Below are positions 27,738 through 36,225 of a DNA stretch of 64,000 nt, piece after piece; the stretch's first letter is position 1, and every line of letters starts with the position of its first letter. Origin of the DNA: a virus. Made by a program: the position numbers and the translations under genes. Location: IMG/VR virus record IMGVR_UViG_3300026097_001418, positions 5,484-69,483 of that record; one strand, given 5' to 3'. The notes below the pieces were generated by a model, which did not search any database, had not been told where the DNA came from, and was given only the letters and a program-made list of their open reading frames with translations.

Positions 27738-28045
27738 TGCGAGGCTCCGACAGTGACTCCAATAATATACAATGCAACTGAAATGATAAATGTCAATTTA
27801 ATTACCCACTTTATGTAGAACCATATTCTATTACAGTCACTATCTGGAGGAGAAACTATCCAGTAAATGGCGCCGAAAGTAACAACAAATGCCACTTTGA
27901 CCAATTCAATGAGTCCCCAGAATAACGGAGTCTCAGTGCCGTACTCCTCTCTGTCAAATTTTCTCTGCAACATTTCGTTCTGTGTGCAAGTAGGACACAT
28001 TACTAGTCTGCCAGAGGGCAATCCACATTTGCTACAGTTTCCCAT
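27734..28045 (-). CDS. Zn-ribbon membrane protein
   Basis: CSKC...CPTC and two TM segments. Confidence 0.55.
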   Translation of the reverse strand: MGNCSKCGLPSGRLVMCPTCTQNEMLQRKFDREEYGTETPLFWGLIELVKVAFVVTFGAIYWIVSPPDSDCNRIWFYIKWVIKLTFIISVALYIIGVTVGASQ

Positions 28046-28054
28046 GATAATTCC

Positions 28055-28639
28055 TTATAGAATATGATCAGCAACGCCGAGATCGACGGCTTCTTGTACT
28101 GTTAGGTAAACATCAGTTTCTTTAAGTAGTCTAGCACGAACTCGCGCAGTTGTCAACCCCGTAGCATTTGTCAGTATTTCCAACATCTTGCGATTACAGT
28201 TTTCACCTTCTTTTAGTGATGCCTTGAGATCGTGATGTTTTCCTTCAACTTCGTCACTGTATTGATGACACATGATTCCAGTGTTTTTTGCAACAATTCT
28301 TTCGCCCTGTGTTCCGCTGGCAAAAATCAAAAATGCCGCGCTCATCACAGCACCAATACCAATTGTTCTAATAGGATGGCGACTGTTACGCATCATGTCA
28401 ATGAGAGCAAATGCTTGATACAAATCTCCACCATAAGAGTTGACGTATAATGTCAGCAGTTTGTTATCAGTCTGTGAAAGATTTTCGTAGGTAATCCACC
28501 GAATACAGTCTGCTATCGTCTGCTCTTCAATTTCTCCTGTAAGGAAAAAGACAGAATTTTCCAACAACTTTATGTCGATTCTGTCATCAGCGTTAAATAC
28601 GTCAACCTGCTTCAAGGCATTCTGCTCCGGTGTATACAT
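28055..28639 (-). CDS. clpP: ClpP-like serine protease
   Basis: YVNSYGG, AVMSAA (Ser), MCHQ (His), ETDVY (Asp), EAVDLGVAD. Confidence 0.85.
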   Translation of the reverse strand: MYTPEQNALKQVDVFNADDRIDIKLLENSVFFLTGEIEEQTIADCIRWITYENLSQTDNKLLTLYVNSYGGDLYQAFALIDMMRNSRHPIRTIGIGAVMSAAFLIFASGTQGERIVAKNTGIMCHQYSDEVEGKHHDLKASLKEGENCNRKMLEILTNATGLTTARVRARLLKETDVYLTVQEAVDLGVADHIL

Positions 28640-28643
28640 ATAC

Positions 28644-29045
28644 TTATCTCCAATGTATCTCTACGTCCTCGGGCAACTGCTCTACCATGTGTAGCATGAA
28701 TCGATAGTTGTCCCAGGCAGTTTTTACATTAGAGTTGTCGCTGTTCACTGTGGGAAATAGATCCGCCCAGACGGAATCTTCTGGAACCATAATACGAGCA
28801 ACACCCTGCATTCTGGGCTGTAGCACACGACCGCTGTTGAACAGTTCCGCCGCTACTCGCTGACATTCTGTTTCGTCTAGTCCCAAAAGATATCCGCGCT
28901 CTGCCATGTAATGTCTGATAACGACCTCTAACTGTTCAACATCGTTGATGTAGGTGCTGGCAATGATCCAAGCAATTTCATCGGTTTTTACCAGACCGTT
29001 GACAACGTCGCGAACACAGCGTCCCAGTGAGAATCCAATCTTCAT
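28644..29045 (-). CDS. hypothetical protein
   Basis: MKIGFSLGRCVRD; 133 aa. Confidence 0.6.
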   Translation of the reverse strand: MKIGFSLGRCVRDVVNGLVKTDEIAWIIASTYINDVEQLEVVIRHYMAERGYLLGLDETECQRVAAELFNSGRVLQPRMQGVARIMVPEDSVWADLFPTVNSDNSNVKTAWDNYRFMLHMVEQLPEDVEIHWR

Positions 29046-29082
29046 GCGAGTTCCTTAATTAAGTGCATAGTTAATTATACAG

Positions 29083-29331
29083 TCAACACCACTTTAGAGC
29101 AAACATTGCGCCATCCTTTTCATTTTGAAAATACCAAACTCTACTATCAAAATAGCGTATGTCTCTAAACTTGCCTTCACAATGTTCCAAACACCAAACC
29201 AATTTGTCATTATAATTGTCGTCGTCTTGGGTAGATACTGGATTCCAAGTTTTCAACAGGGCAATTAACCGTTCATCCTCTGTCAGTCCTGCTTCCTTTG
29301 GATAGTTAAATGGTAGACTTGCTGTGACCAT
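29083..29331 (-). CDS. small paralog-family protein (C-terminal F.L(K/R)W)
   Basis: WCLEHC...FQNEKDGAMFALKWC. Confidence 0.65.
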   Translation of the reverse strand: MVTASLPFNYPKEAGLTEDERLIALLKTWNPVSTQDDDNYNDKLVWCLEHCEGKFRDIRYFDSRVWYFQNEKDGAMFALKWC

Positions 29332-29659
29332 ATCTCAATAACCATTCTGTTAATTTCACCCCTGAAAATTTAGCAGTTATGATGTATCTGTAGCTGTAAC
29401 TTCCCGAAACCAAACATCTATGCCATTCTGGTGTTTCTGCAGCATTGGCCATTACCCAAGCACCTGCTTCGCTGTTCTCCCATTTATGTAATGGTTCAGC
29501 AGCCCATAAATCTGGATCTTCTACATCGCCGATATTAAATTCACAAACGGTGACTCTACGACATTCTTCTACTCGACCGTCAACAATGTTATATCGCAAA
29601 GTTTCTTTATCGGGTTTTTTACCAAAGTATCCTTGATCAAACGGTTTGGTTAGTGCCAT
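29306..29659 (-). CDS. hypothetical protein, related to the paralog family
   Basis: GDVEDPDLWAAEPL..W; ends TEWLLRYG. Confidence 0.65.
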   Translation of the reverse strand: MALTKPFDQGYFGKKPDKETLRYNIVDGRVEECRRVTVCEFNIGDVEDPDLWAAEPLHKWENSEAGAWVMANAAETPEWHRCLVSGSYSYRYIITAKFSGVKLTEWLLRYGHSKSTI

Positions 29660-29877
29660 TCTTCTAAGTCCTTAAAATAATCCCAACCCTCTCCACCCAG
29701 CAGTTTTTGTAATCGCCATTTTTCTTCTTGATCTTTACACGCTTGTGGTTGGCTAATACTGCCTACAACAGTACCACATTGTTTGCAACGATAACTAATA
29801 CCACTGGCTTCATCGTAGTAGGCAATGCCGCCGCAGGGCATAAGCATCATATCACAGTAGTCTATCATTGCGCCCAC
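29650..29877 (-). CDS. Zn-finger hypothetical protein
   Basis: PCGG...CKQC...C. Confidence 0.6.
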   Translation of the reverse strand: MGAMIDYCDMMLMPCGGIAYYDEASGISYRCKQCGTVVGSISQPQACKDQEEKWRLQKLLGGEGWDYFKDLEEWH

Positions 29878-30143
29878 CTTAAAAGAAACATGGTCATTTC
29901 GGCTTCTGTGCGAAAACTAAAATGATCAAAACTGACACGACGACCACAGTTGTTTTCATGACACCATAGATGAACTGGAGTTAAATCATCGTCATAGACA
30001 CCAACATCCCACGCATTAACCTCTGCCCTGGCCGCTAATGTCAACGGTTCTTCAGCAGGTATCCAGATGAGTTTTCTCTTCGTCAACATCTCGTCAATAA
30101 TTATACGATCAAAATCTTCGCCGCGCAGTTTATTGGTCATCAA
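29865..30143 (-). CDS. small paralog-family protein
   Basis: WCHENNC...FRTEAEMTMFLLRWA. Confidence 0.65.
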   Translation of the reverse strand: MMTNKLRGEDFDRIIIDEMLTKRKLIWIPAEEPLTLAARAEVNAWDVGVYDDDLTPVHLWCHENNCGRRVSFDHFSFRTEAEMTMFLLRWAQ

Positions 30144-30387
30144 TTTGTCCCCATGTGCGCACTGCTACGATAGCATCAACCATTCCTTGCTCATAACCAT
30201 CCCAGTACTTGTCGTTTTTCATTTGCTCATCTTTGGCATCACGCCATTCTCTGAGATCTATTTCAATGTCTACTAAAATAGCACGAACAAATCTTTCTAA
30301 TGCAGGACGATCTAACGTAGCCAGATATAACTTACCTCCGGCTTTTTCCAACATTTCGTCTATCTTATGATTAAATGATATCGTCAT
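30130..30387 (-). CDS. hypothetical protein
   Basis: 85-aa coupled ORF. Confidence 0.55.
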   Translation of the reverse strand: MTISFNHKIDEMLEKAGGKLYLATLDRPALERFVRAILVDIEIDLREWRDAKDEQMKNDKYWDGYEQGMVDAIVAVRTWGQIDDQ

Positions 30388-30764
30388 TAGTATAGTTTAA
30401 CACCTTCATGACAGGTTAACAAGCCCAAACGAGTTCGGGGATTACCTGCTCTACTCTGTATCCAAATTGCGCCGTTGCCGTCGACACTTGAATGCCAAGT
30501 TCTATAACGTTGTTCATATAGCAAGTGTCTCATGTTATAGACAATCCAAATAGGGTGTTCATCGTATATGAAAGGATTTTTCAATCGAGAATATTTGAGA
30601 GAAAACATGACGGCTTCTCTTTCCATGATTTTTCGATCCAGCGGTTCAAAAGTCAAATTAGAAAACGCTCTTCCATCGACATAAAAGAAAGAACTGTTGT
30701 AATTTTTTTTGACTATTTTATCGTAGTCGTATTCTCTTATTATGTATCTCTGTGTCAAGACCAT
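30387..30764 (-). CDS. hypothetical protein with an internal family motif
   Basis: EREAVMFSLKY. Confidence 0.5.
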   Translation of the reverse strand: MVLTQRYIIREYDYDKIVKKNYNSSFFYVDGRAFSNLTFEPLDRKIMEREAVMFSLKYSRLKNPFIYDEHPIWIVYNMRHLLYEQRYRTWHSSVDGNGAIWIQSRAGNPRTRLGLLTCHEGVKLY

Positions 30765-30970
30765 TTTAATTTAAACCACGCTACATCACGTTCTTCTGAA
30801 AATCTAAATTGAGCAATCAGATCATGCATAAGCGAAAAATCTGTGACGTCTTGCACATGATGCCCTACATAACTGGCACAATTTTCACGTGCCCAAGCAT
30901 CCAGTTTGACAAAATGTTCTTCAGCCTGCTTGTAAGTCATGCCGTCGTCTGTAATACAAATATCAATCAC
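30755..30970 (-). CDS. small paralog-family protein
   Basis: WARENC...FSEERDVAWFKLKWS. Confidence 0.65.
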   Translation of the reverse strand: MIDICITDDGMTYKQAEEHFVKLDAWARENCASYVGHHVQDVTDFSLMHDLIAQFRFSEERDVAWFKLKWS

Positions 30971-30988
30971 TAGTTTTCCTCAAACATG

Positions 30989-31258
30989 TCATAACCATTT
31001 CAACTGAAAAAGTATGGCTTCTTTGTCGTCACTGATATACACTGTGAACATGGGATCACCGCTGTTAAACCGCAGGGCGATATCTGTAGTTGGACAATTC
31101 TTCTCCATCCAGTCGGAAAACTCATTGTTGTCATCAGGGTATGCCCAGCAGTACCATCCACGAGGTGGAGGTGTTGACGGAAACCAACTACCGGGATTAG
31201 GACAGGTTTCACCGTCTTCGTATCGCCAATGATGTACGATAGTTTTATTTCTAATCAT
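30989..31258 (-). CDS. small paralog-family protein
   Basis: WMEKNC...DDKEAILFQLKWL. Confidence 0.65.
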   Translation of the reverse strand: MIRNKTIVHHWRYEDGETCPNPGSWFPSTPPPRGWYCWAYPDDNNEFSDWMEKNCPTTDIALRFNSGDPMFTVYISDDKEAILFQLKWL

Positions 31259-31464
31259 TTCATCAAATCAAATAGTTCAGCATAACGATATTCTGGTTCT
31301 TCCGCAAATCCAGAATAGACCCATACTTCCTGACGATAAACCCATTTCAACCACACTCGATTCCCCGAAATCGTTTGCCGAGGAATTACTGCAAACACAC
31401 GGTGCCACTCTCGTTCGATAGAAGTAACTTCACCGTGTGTTATTTCTGGAAATTCCTGTTTCAT
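31255..31464 (-). CDS. hypothetical protein
   Basis: WHRVFA..P...VWLKWVYR. Confidence 0.6.
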   Translation of the reverse strand: MKQEFPEITHGEVTSIEREWHRVFAVIPRQTISGNRVWLKWVYRQEVWVYSGFAEEPEYRYAELFDLMK

Positions 31465-31724
31465 GCTAATTTCAGCCTTACAATTGTTGCAGTAGATTCG
31501 TTACGGAATCCTACATAGAAAGGTGTGCGAGTTTGCCCTTTCTTTTGTTTCCCATAGAACGTGTGGTCGTACCACTCCAACCCTTCCGCGTTGCGGACGT
31601 AACGCTCAACTTCGTAACTGTTGGGCACGTCTTGTCCGTATTCTGTGAATAGGAAAGCATATTGATATCCGTTGCGATACAAGTTGTGTCTGCGATCTAA
31701 TTTTATCATTTTCATTATGCCCAC
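31461..31724 (-). CDS. small paralog-family protein
   Basis: IKLDRRH...FRNESTATIVRLKL. Confidence 0.6.
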   Translation of the reverse strand: MGIMKMIKLDRRHNLYRNGYQYAFLFTEYGQDVPNSYEVERYVRNAEGLEWYDHTFYGKQKKGQTRTPFYVGFRNESTATIVRLKLA

Positions 31725-31948
31725 CTCAACATAAACATTGTAATGTCTTGTTCATCAACATGCTGATTTAATTCTATTTTAACAACGGGCTTAGATTCGT
31801 TATCCATGAACTGCACATAAGCAGTCCATCCTTCACCGCGAATAACAGTACCTGATGTTCCTTGAATTGCTGGGCCAATATTTTTCATCAACCATTGAAC
31901 ACAGTCTCTGGCTCGGTCAGGATCCTGTATTTCTATTTTCATTTCCAT
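31715..31948 (-). CDS. small paralog-family protein
   Basis: WLMKNIG...GEGW...DEQDITMFMLRWA. Confidence 0.65.
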   Translation of the reverse strand: MEMKIEIQDPDRARDCVQWLMKNIGPAIQGTSGTVIRGEGWTAYVQFMDNESKPVVKIELNQHVDEQDITMFMLRWA

Positions 31949-32259
31949 GTCCTGTGTCGTTCAGCGACCCATTCTAAACCATCGTATTCTTCGATGACCC
32001 AATCTACATCTGCAGGTATTTCTACTATCTTTAACCGACTGTAAGGACTGTGTACACCGTCGCCCATTTCATTGATTAATTTGATCAAGTAAGGATCATC
32101 CCTTGCAATATCATAGTAACAAAAATCATCATCGTCAACTCCTGCCAGTTGCCTATATCTATCAAAGGCTTCTTCGCTTAGACCAAATCCGCCATGGCAG
32201 TTGTTGATAACCACTCGGCGGATTCCACGTAATTCTTCGATGAAACGCTGCTGGTTCAT
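31939..32259 (-). CDS. conserved phage hypothetical protein
   Basis: VVINNCHGGFGLS...RDDP.L...IEEYDGLEWVAE. Confidence 0.7.
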   Translation of the reverse strand: MNQQRFIEELRGIRRVVINNCHGGFGLSEEAFDRYRQLAGVDDDDFCYYDIARDDPYLIKLINEMGDGVHSPYSRLKIVEIPADVDWVIEEYDGLEWVAERHRTWK

Positions 32260-33119
32260 TATACCTCTATAATTTTGTCAGGATCCCAACCAGTTTCTTC
32301 ACTGTAGCCGGGCGATTGGTAACCTCTTGGATTGCACACAACTCGAGTATCACCAATCATATAGTCAAACGCATGATGAGTATGTCCGTGAGTCCAAAGT
32401 CGAATCTGTGGACGATCCAAAATGAATTCACTTAGTTCGCTATGGTAAGCACCATTAAGATGTAAATCACTGGCATACATAGCGTGAACACTTTGATAAC
32501 TGGGACTATGATGTCCCACTACAACACAACGATCATTCTTGTGATTGTCGAGCACCAGTTGAAAATACTGTTTACTTTTAACATGTCGATTCATTACATC
32601 ACTGGGACGCAATTTACTGTAGCCGTTTTTGTCATTTCGAATAACACGGAAATCATTCATAGATTCCTTTGCTACCATTTGTGTAATAGGATCACCCCGG
32701 TTCATGTCTGTCCAAAGTGTGGCACCAAGAAACACCACATCGTCAATTACTTTGGTATCGTCCTCAAGAAAATAGATGTTAGGGAACTTGTCACACTCTT
32801 CTCGTAGGTAATCAATACCAGCATAGAACTTGCCATTATAGAATTCGTGATTGCCTGCAATGTAGATAACATGGGGGAATTGAAAACTGCAACGTTTGAG
32901 AAAATCTCTATAACGCTGTGCTGCCAACTGTCTCTTACCTAAACCAGTACCATCAGCAATGGCTCGCTGATCACTGGTGTTGGTGTATTCTGGATGATCG
33001 TGGAGGTCTTGGGCAACACAGATATCACCAGACAAGATTAGGACATCAGCACCTTGATTGTTGTCAAGATGAAGGTCGCTGAATTCAAGGTGGAGGTCTG
33101 ATACGATTTTAATTTTCAT
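32259..33119 (-). CDS. metallophosphoesterase
   Basis: SDLHLEF, SGDI, AGNHE, HHSP and HGHTH motifs. Confidence 0.9.
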   Translation of the reverse strand: MKIKIVSDLHLEFSDLHLDNNQGADVLILSGDICVAQDLHDHPEYTNTSDQRAIADGTGLGKRQLAAQRYRDFLKRCSFQFPHVIYIAGNHEFYNGKFYAGIDYLREECDKFPNIYFLEDDTKVIDDVVFLGATLWTDMNRGDPITQMVAKESMNDFRVIRNDKNGYSKLRPSDVMNRHVKSKQYFQLVLDNHKNDRCVVVGHHSPSYQSVHAMYASDLHLNGAYHSELSEFILDRPQIRLWTHGHTHHAFDYMIGDTRVVCNPRGYQSPGYSEETGWDPDKIIEV

Positions 33120-33125
33120 ACTGTA

Positions 33126-33154
33126 ATTATACAGTAGAAATTACTTTTTGTCAA
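33126..33154 (-). promoter_or_regulatory. consensus sigma70 promoter
   Basis: TTGACA-17 nt-TATAAT, driving the small-ORF operon. Confidence 0.8.
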
Positions 33155-33159
33155 GTATA

Positions 33160-34122
33160 TTAAATATCTGATCGATCAACAATCAATGCGTTTTTTACTC
33201 TTCTAGCGTATGATGCTAATACTCGCAAACCGGGATATTTTCTACCTGGTCTATTTCGAGTTTTATCATTTCTAATATGAAAATAAACTTGCATCGAAGG
33301 GGGAATATCATTTGGTTCTTTTATTACTAAATCACATGTAACTTTCATATGATTTCCGGAAATTTCATATGTCTCATCTCTGAAATCTTCTTTGACTACC
33401 GCTCCTTCGCCTTCCAAAATATCCGAACCAAATACAACATCCGCAGTTTCTTCAGGAGTTGCTTTGATTGCTACTTCGGGACTAATTCTAACTTTTGGAG
33501 TATTGTCGCTTGGTCTTTTCAAACCAATCGTATCTAAACTTATTTTTCCTTGTTTATCGAGTTTTTCAACCAGCACATCTGCTTTCTCACCAAACAGAGA
33601 ATCAGCACTTTCCCAGTACTCGGCTGTTTTTTTCTTAATGCTTAATGGTAAAATCTTCTCGTTTGATATTAAATTTACATCGCTTTTTTTTCTACCGGAA
33701 ACTTCTTTTCCTACACCAACTGCTTCTGTAACATTTTCAACTCTAACAGTTTTTTTATTATCACCGACAAACGAAATGTCAATTGGTCCTAATTCTTGGA
33801 TTTTTGAATTGATTGTATCAATTAAATGTTTTTCATTCCTAAGTCCTGCACTGTCTTCTCCTGATTTTCCGGAGGGTCTAATTTTAATTGTTCCGCCTTT
33901 GTACTTGATTGCACCGACACTGCTACTTCCAGCGTTAGGGTCGTGTATTGCATCAGGAATATTTGTTAATATTTTTTGAATTGCTGCTCTTCTCTGTGGA
34001 CCAGGAACAAATAAAGACAGTGTTTTACTACTTTCTTTTTTAAAATCGGTATAACCAATTGACGATAATTCATTCATTAAATCATCTGCCAGATCTTCAG
34101 TTAAAAATTGATATGCTCTCAT
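33160..34122 (-). CDS. putative PD-(D/E)xK-like nuclease, possible internal virion protein
   Basis: NE...KKSDVNL...LSIKK pattern; N-terminus MRAYQFLTE. Confidence 0.45.
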   Translation of the reverse strand: MRAYQFLTEDLADDLMNELSSIGYTDFKKESSKTLSLFVPGPQRRAAIQKILTNIPDAIHDPNAGSSSVGAIKYKGGTIKIRPSGKSGEDSAGLRNEKHLIDTINSKIQELGPIDISFVGDNKKTVRVENVTEAVGVGKEVSGRKKSDVNLISNEKILPLSIKKKTAEYWESADSLFGEKADVLVEKLDKQGKISLDTIGLKRPSDNTPKVRISPEVAIKATPEETADVVFGSDILEGEGAVVKEDFRDETYEISGNHMKVTCDLVIKEPNDIPPSMQVYFHIRNDKTRNRPGRKYPGLRVLASYARRVKNALIVDRSDI

Positions 34123-34132
34123 AGTGTATTAT

Positions 34133-34819
34133 TTATCTAATCTCCGGGAACAAACAATCCTGTACAAATGCACGGACATCATCTTCGTTTAATCCTAGAC
34201 TAGTCATAACTTTAGGTGTGTGCGGGTTCTGCTTTTGATTCTCTGCATAGAAATTCTGTGCTGCTTTTACTGCTTCTACATCAGCAGATTCGGCAGTTGC
34301 ACTGAGAGTCTCTAAATAGTAGTTAATCAATATAGATACTAAACTAGAGATTTGACTGACTTCATCTTCGTTGCTAACATTGCCGGCTGCTATCATATTT
34401 CCACTGAATATACGCTGCGCCCAATCCGGAAGTTGTCTAGGTTTATTCCACTCATAACGAGCAACTTCGTCAGCAAAGTAATCAAGCATGACGTGTTCTC
34501 GATCAGAACTGGGACTAAAATCAATAAAACATCCGGTCATTTTATTTTTACCTGCAATTACATCAAACCCAAATATAGGAGCAGGATTATCCAAATGAGG
34601 AAATACGCAACAGTGCATCATCCACAGACCTCGTGTTTCACGGGCATCAACGACATCGATATGAGCACGACGATAATCGCGACTCTGCCAAACCTTATTG
34701 ACCCATCCTGGCTGATTAAATCTCTCCATACCGGGTTCTTGAATAATACTCCCAGTGGCATAAAAAGCGGCCTCAAGCCGCTTTTGGATGTTTTCTAACT
34801 CGTACCAAACTTTACTCAC
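34133..34819 (-). CDS. pcyX: ferredoxin-dependent bilin reductase, PcyX/PcyA type
   Basis: RRAHID, MMHCC, PIFGFD, DFSP, LPDWA..IFS and NQKQNPHT motifs; adjacent to heme oxygenase. Confidence 0.85.
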   Translation of the reverse strand: MSKVWYELENIQKRLEAAFYATGSIIQEPGMERFNQPGWVNKVWQSRDYRRAHIDVVDARETRGLWMMHCCVFPHLDNPAPIFGFDVIAGKNKMTGCFIDFSPSSDREHVMLDYFADEVARYEWNKPRQLPDWAQRIFSGNMIAAGNVSNEDEVSQISSLVSILINYYLETLSATAESADVEAVKAAQNFYAENQKQNPHTPKVMTSLGLNEDDVRAFVQDCLFPEIR

Positions 34820-35354
34820 CGCCCAGTTCCTTCATGATTTTAATAGCCCAGATGAAAGCAGTTCGGGCTTCAGCACCTAGCGTGTCGTCTAGTTCTTCAC
34901 GTATTTTAACTTTGAGATCCTCTGCATTTTCAAAATCATAAAAAGCATGACTGGTATGTGGTACTTGTTTTTTAATGATTTGTCCGCCGAATAAATCACC
35001 CATGTGGCGAACATACAAGTGAGCCTTAATCAAATGCTTTCTGGTTTTATCGTTGCCTAGGCTTATCAGATACATGTGATAGTTGAATGTTGATGGTAAT
35101 AGTTCGTAATGGTGATTTCTATCTTCAATCTCTTGAAAGTCTCGATAGATTGCTCCGATCCTAGGCAATTCAGACATACAATCAAAAAATCCTTGACGCT
35201 GACAATAAAACTCTATCGGATCGTAGATAGCCAACATTTGATAAAGATAGTTGGCATACTGCTCTTTGGTAATGTTGCCACCGAGTAGTGTTTTTGCAAA
35301 TTGTGTGGTCTCTGCTTCATGATGCAGATCTTTAGTAATTTCTCGTAGACTCAT
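34812..35354 (-). CDS. hemO: heme oxygenase
   Basis: LREITKDLHHEAE (proximal His); AHLYVRHMGDLFGGQ. Confidence 0.92.
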   Translation of the reverse strand: MSLREITKDLHHEAETTQFAKTLLGGNITKEQYANYLYQMLAIYDPIEFYCQRQGFFDCMSELPRIGAIYRDFQEIEDRNHHYELLPSTFNYHMYLISLGNDKTRKHLIKAHLYVRHMGDLFGGQIIKKQVPHTSHAFYDFENAEDLKVKIREELDDTLGAEARTAFIWAIKIMKELGGE

Positions 35355-35656
35355 TGGCTGTCCGGTTCGATTGTGATTTTCAAAGGAAAACCGTTACTTC
35401 TTGCTGACTGAGTTGCTTCTAGTCCTTTTTGTTCTGCAATCTCGTGAGTATATGAACCAACTACAGCAGCTCCTTGATTGTGTACTTCTAGTGTTAAATC
35501 TTTTGCTGATTCTGCAGTGTGTCTAAAAATAGTTGTCAGCAATTCAATAACAAATTCCATTGGAGTTTGATTATCATTCAGAAAAATCACTTTCCATACC
35601 TTCGGCGGTTGAAGACTTGTAGTTACTGTTTCGTCGATTTTTACTTCTGTTGACAT
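35351..35656 (-). CDS. clpS: N-end rule adaptor ClpS
   Basis: WKVIFLNDNQTPMEFV...VHNQG..FPL; start trimmed to ATG 35656. Confidence 0.92.
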   Translation of the reverse strand: MSTEVKIDETVTTSLQPPKVWKVIFLNDNQTPMEFVIELLTTIFRHTAESAKDLTLEVHNQGAAVVGSYTHEIAEQKGLEATQSARSNGFPLKITIEPDSQ

Positions 35657-35702
35657 AATATCTCCATTGTAAGTAGGGGAGCTTGACTCCCCTACTATTA
35701 TA

Positions 35703-36134
35703 TTACTTAATTTCCACAATGTCAATAACACGTGGTTTGAGTTCTTCTGGCACTTCTCTTTCTATTTGAATCAGTAAGATACCATTCTTGATTTCTGCTT
35801 TTATGATTTTCATGTGTTCTGCTAACGTGAACGATCTTTCAAAGTTTCTTAACGCAAGTCCTCGATGAAGATACTCAATTTGTTGTTCATCCGAGACACG
35901 TTCTCCTCGAATAGTAAGTTCATTGGCTTCTACTGAAACTTCGATTTCCGATTTTTCGAAACCAGTAACAGCCATTTCAATGTTGTAATTATTATCATCA
36001 ATCCTTGCAACATTGTAAGGAGGATAATTGGTCTGCGGTGAATTTGCATATCTACGTTCGAGTGTATTGAACATAGAATCAAACCCAATAAGAGCCTTGT
36101 TAATAGCGTCTAGTCTTTGTAATGAATTGTTCAT
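35703..36134 (-). CDS. small heat-shock protein (Hsp20/IbpA-like)
   Basis: NYPPYN, YLHRGLA.R.F.R.F.L, NGIL.I. Confidence 0.93.
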   Translation of the reverse strand: MNNSLQRLDAINKALIGFDSMFNTLERRYANSPQTNYPPYNVARIDDNNYNIEMAVTGFEKSEIEVSVEANELTIRGERVSDEQQIEYLHRGLALRNFERSFTLAEHMKIIKAEIKNGILLIQIEREVPEELKPRVIDIVEIK

Positions 36135-36222
36135 AATAGTCTCCTTTATAAAGTAAGAACAATCAGGGCACTATGCCCTACAGTGCTGATGCCCATTAGG
36201 TGCACCAGACACTGATATTTAT
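36135..36222 (-). promoter_or_regulatory. TAAATA box and ROSE-like 5' UTR of hsp20
   Basis: TCTTACTT pairs with the AAGGAGA SD; upstream hairpin GGGCA-TAG-TGCCC. Confidence 0.55.
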
Positions 36223-36225
36223 AAT

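Noticed and set aside
36160..36215. CIRCE operator before the heat-shock genes
   Set aside because: The inverted repeats do not match TTAGCACTC-N9-GAGTGCTAA and are better explained as RNA hairpins.
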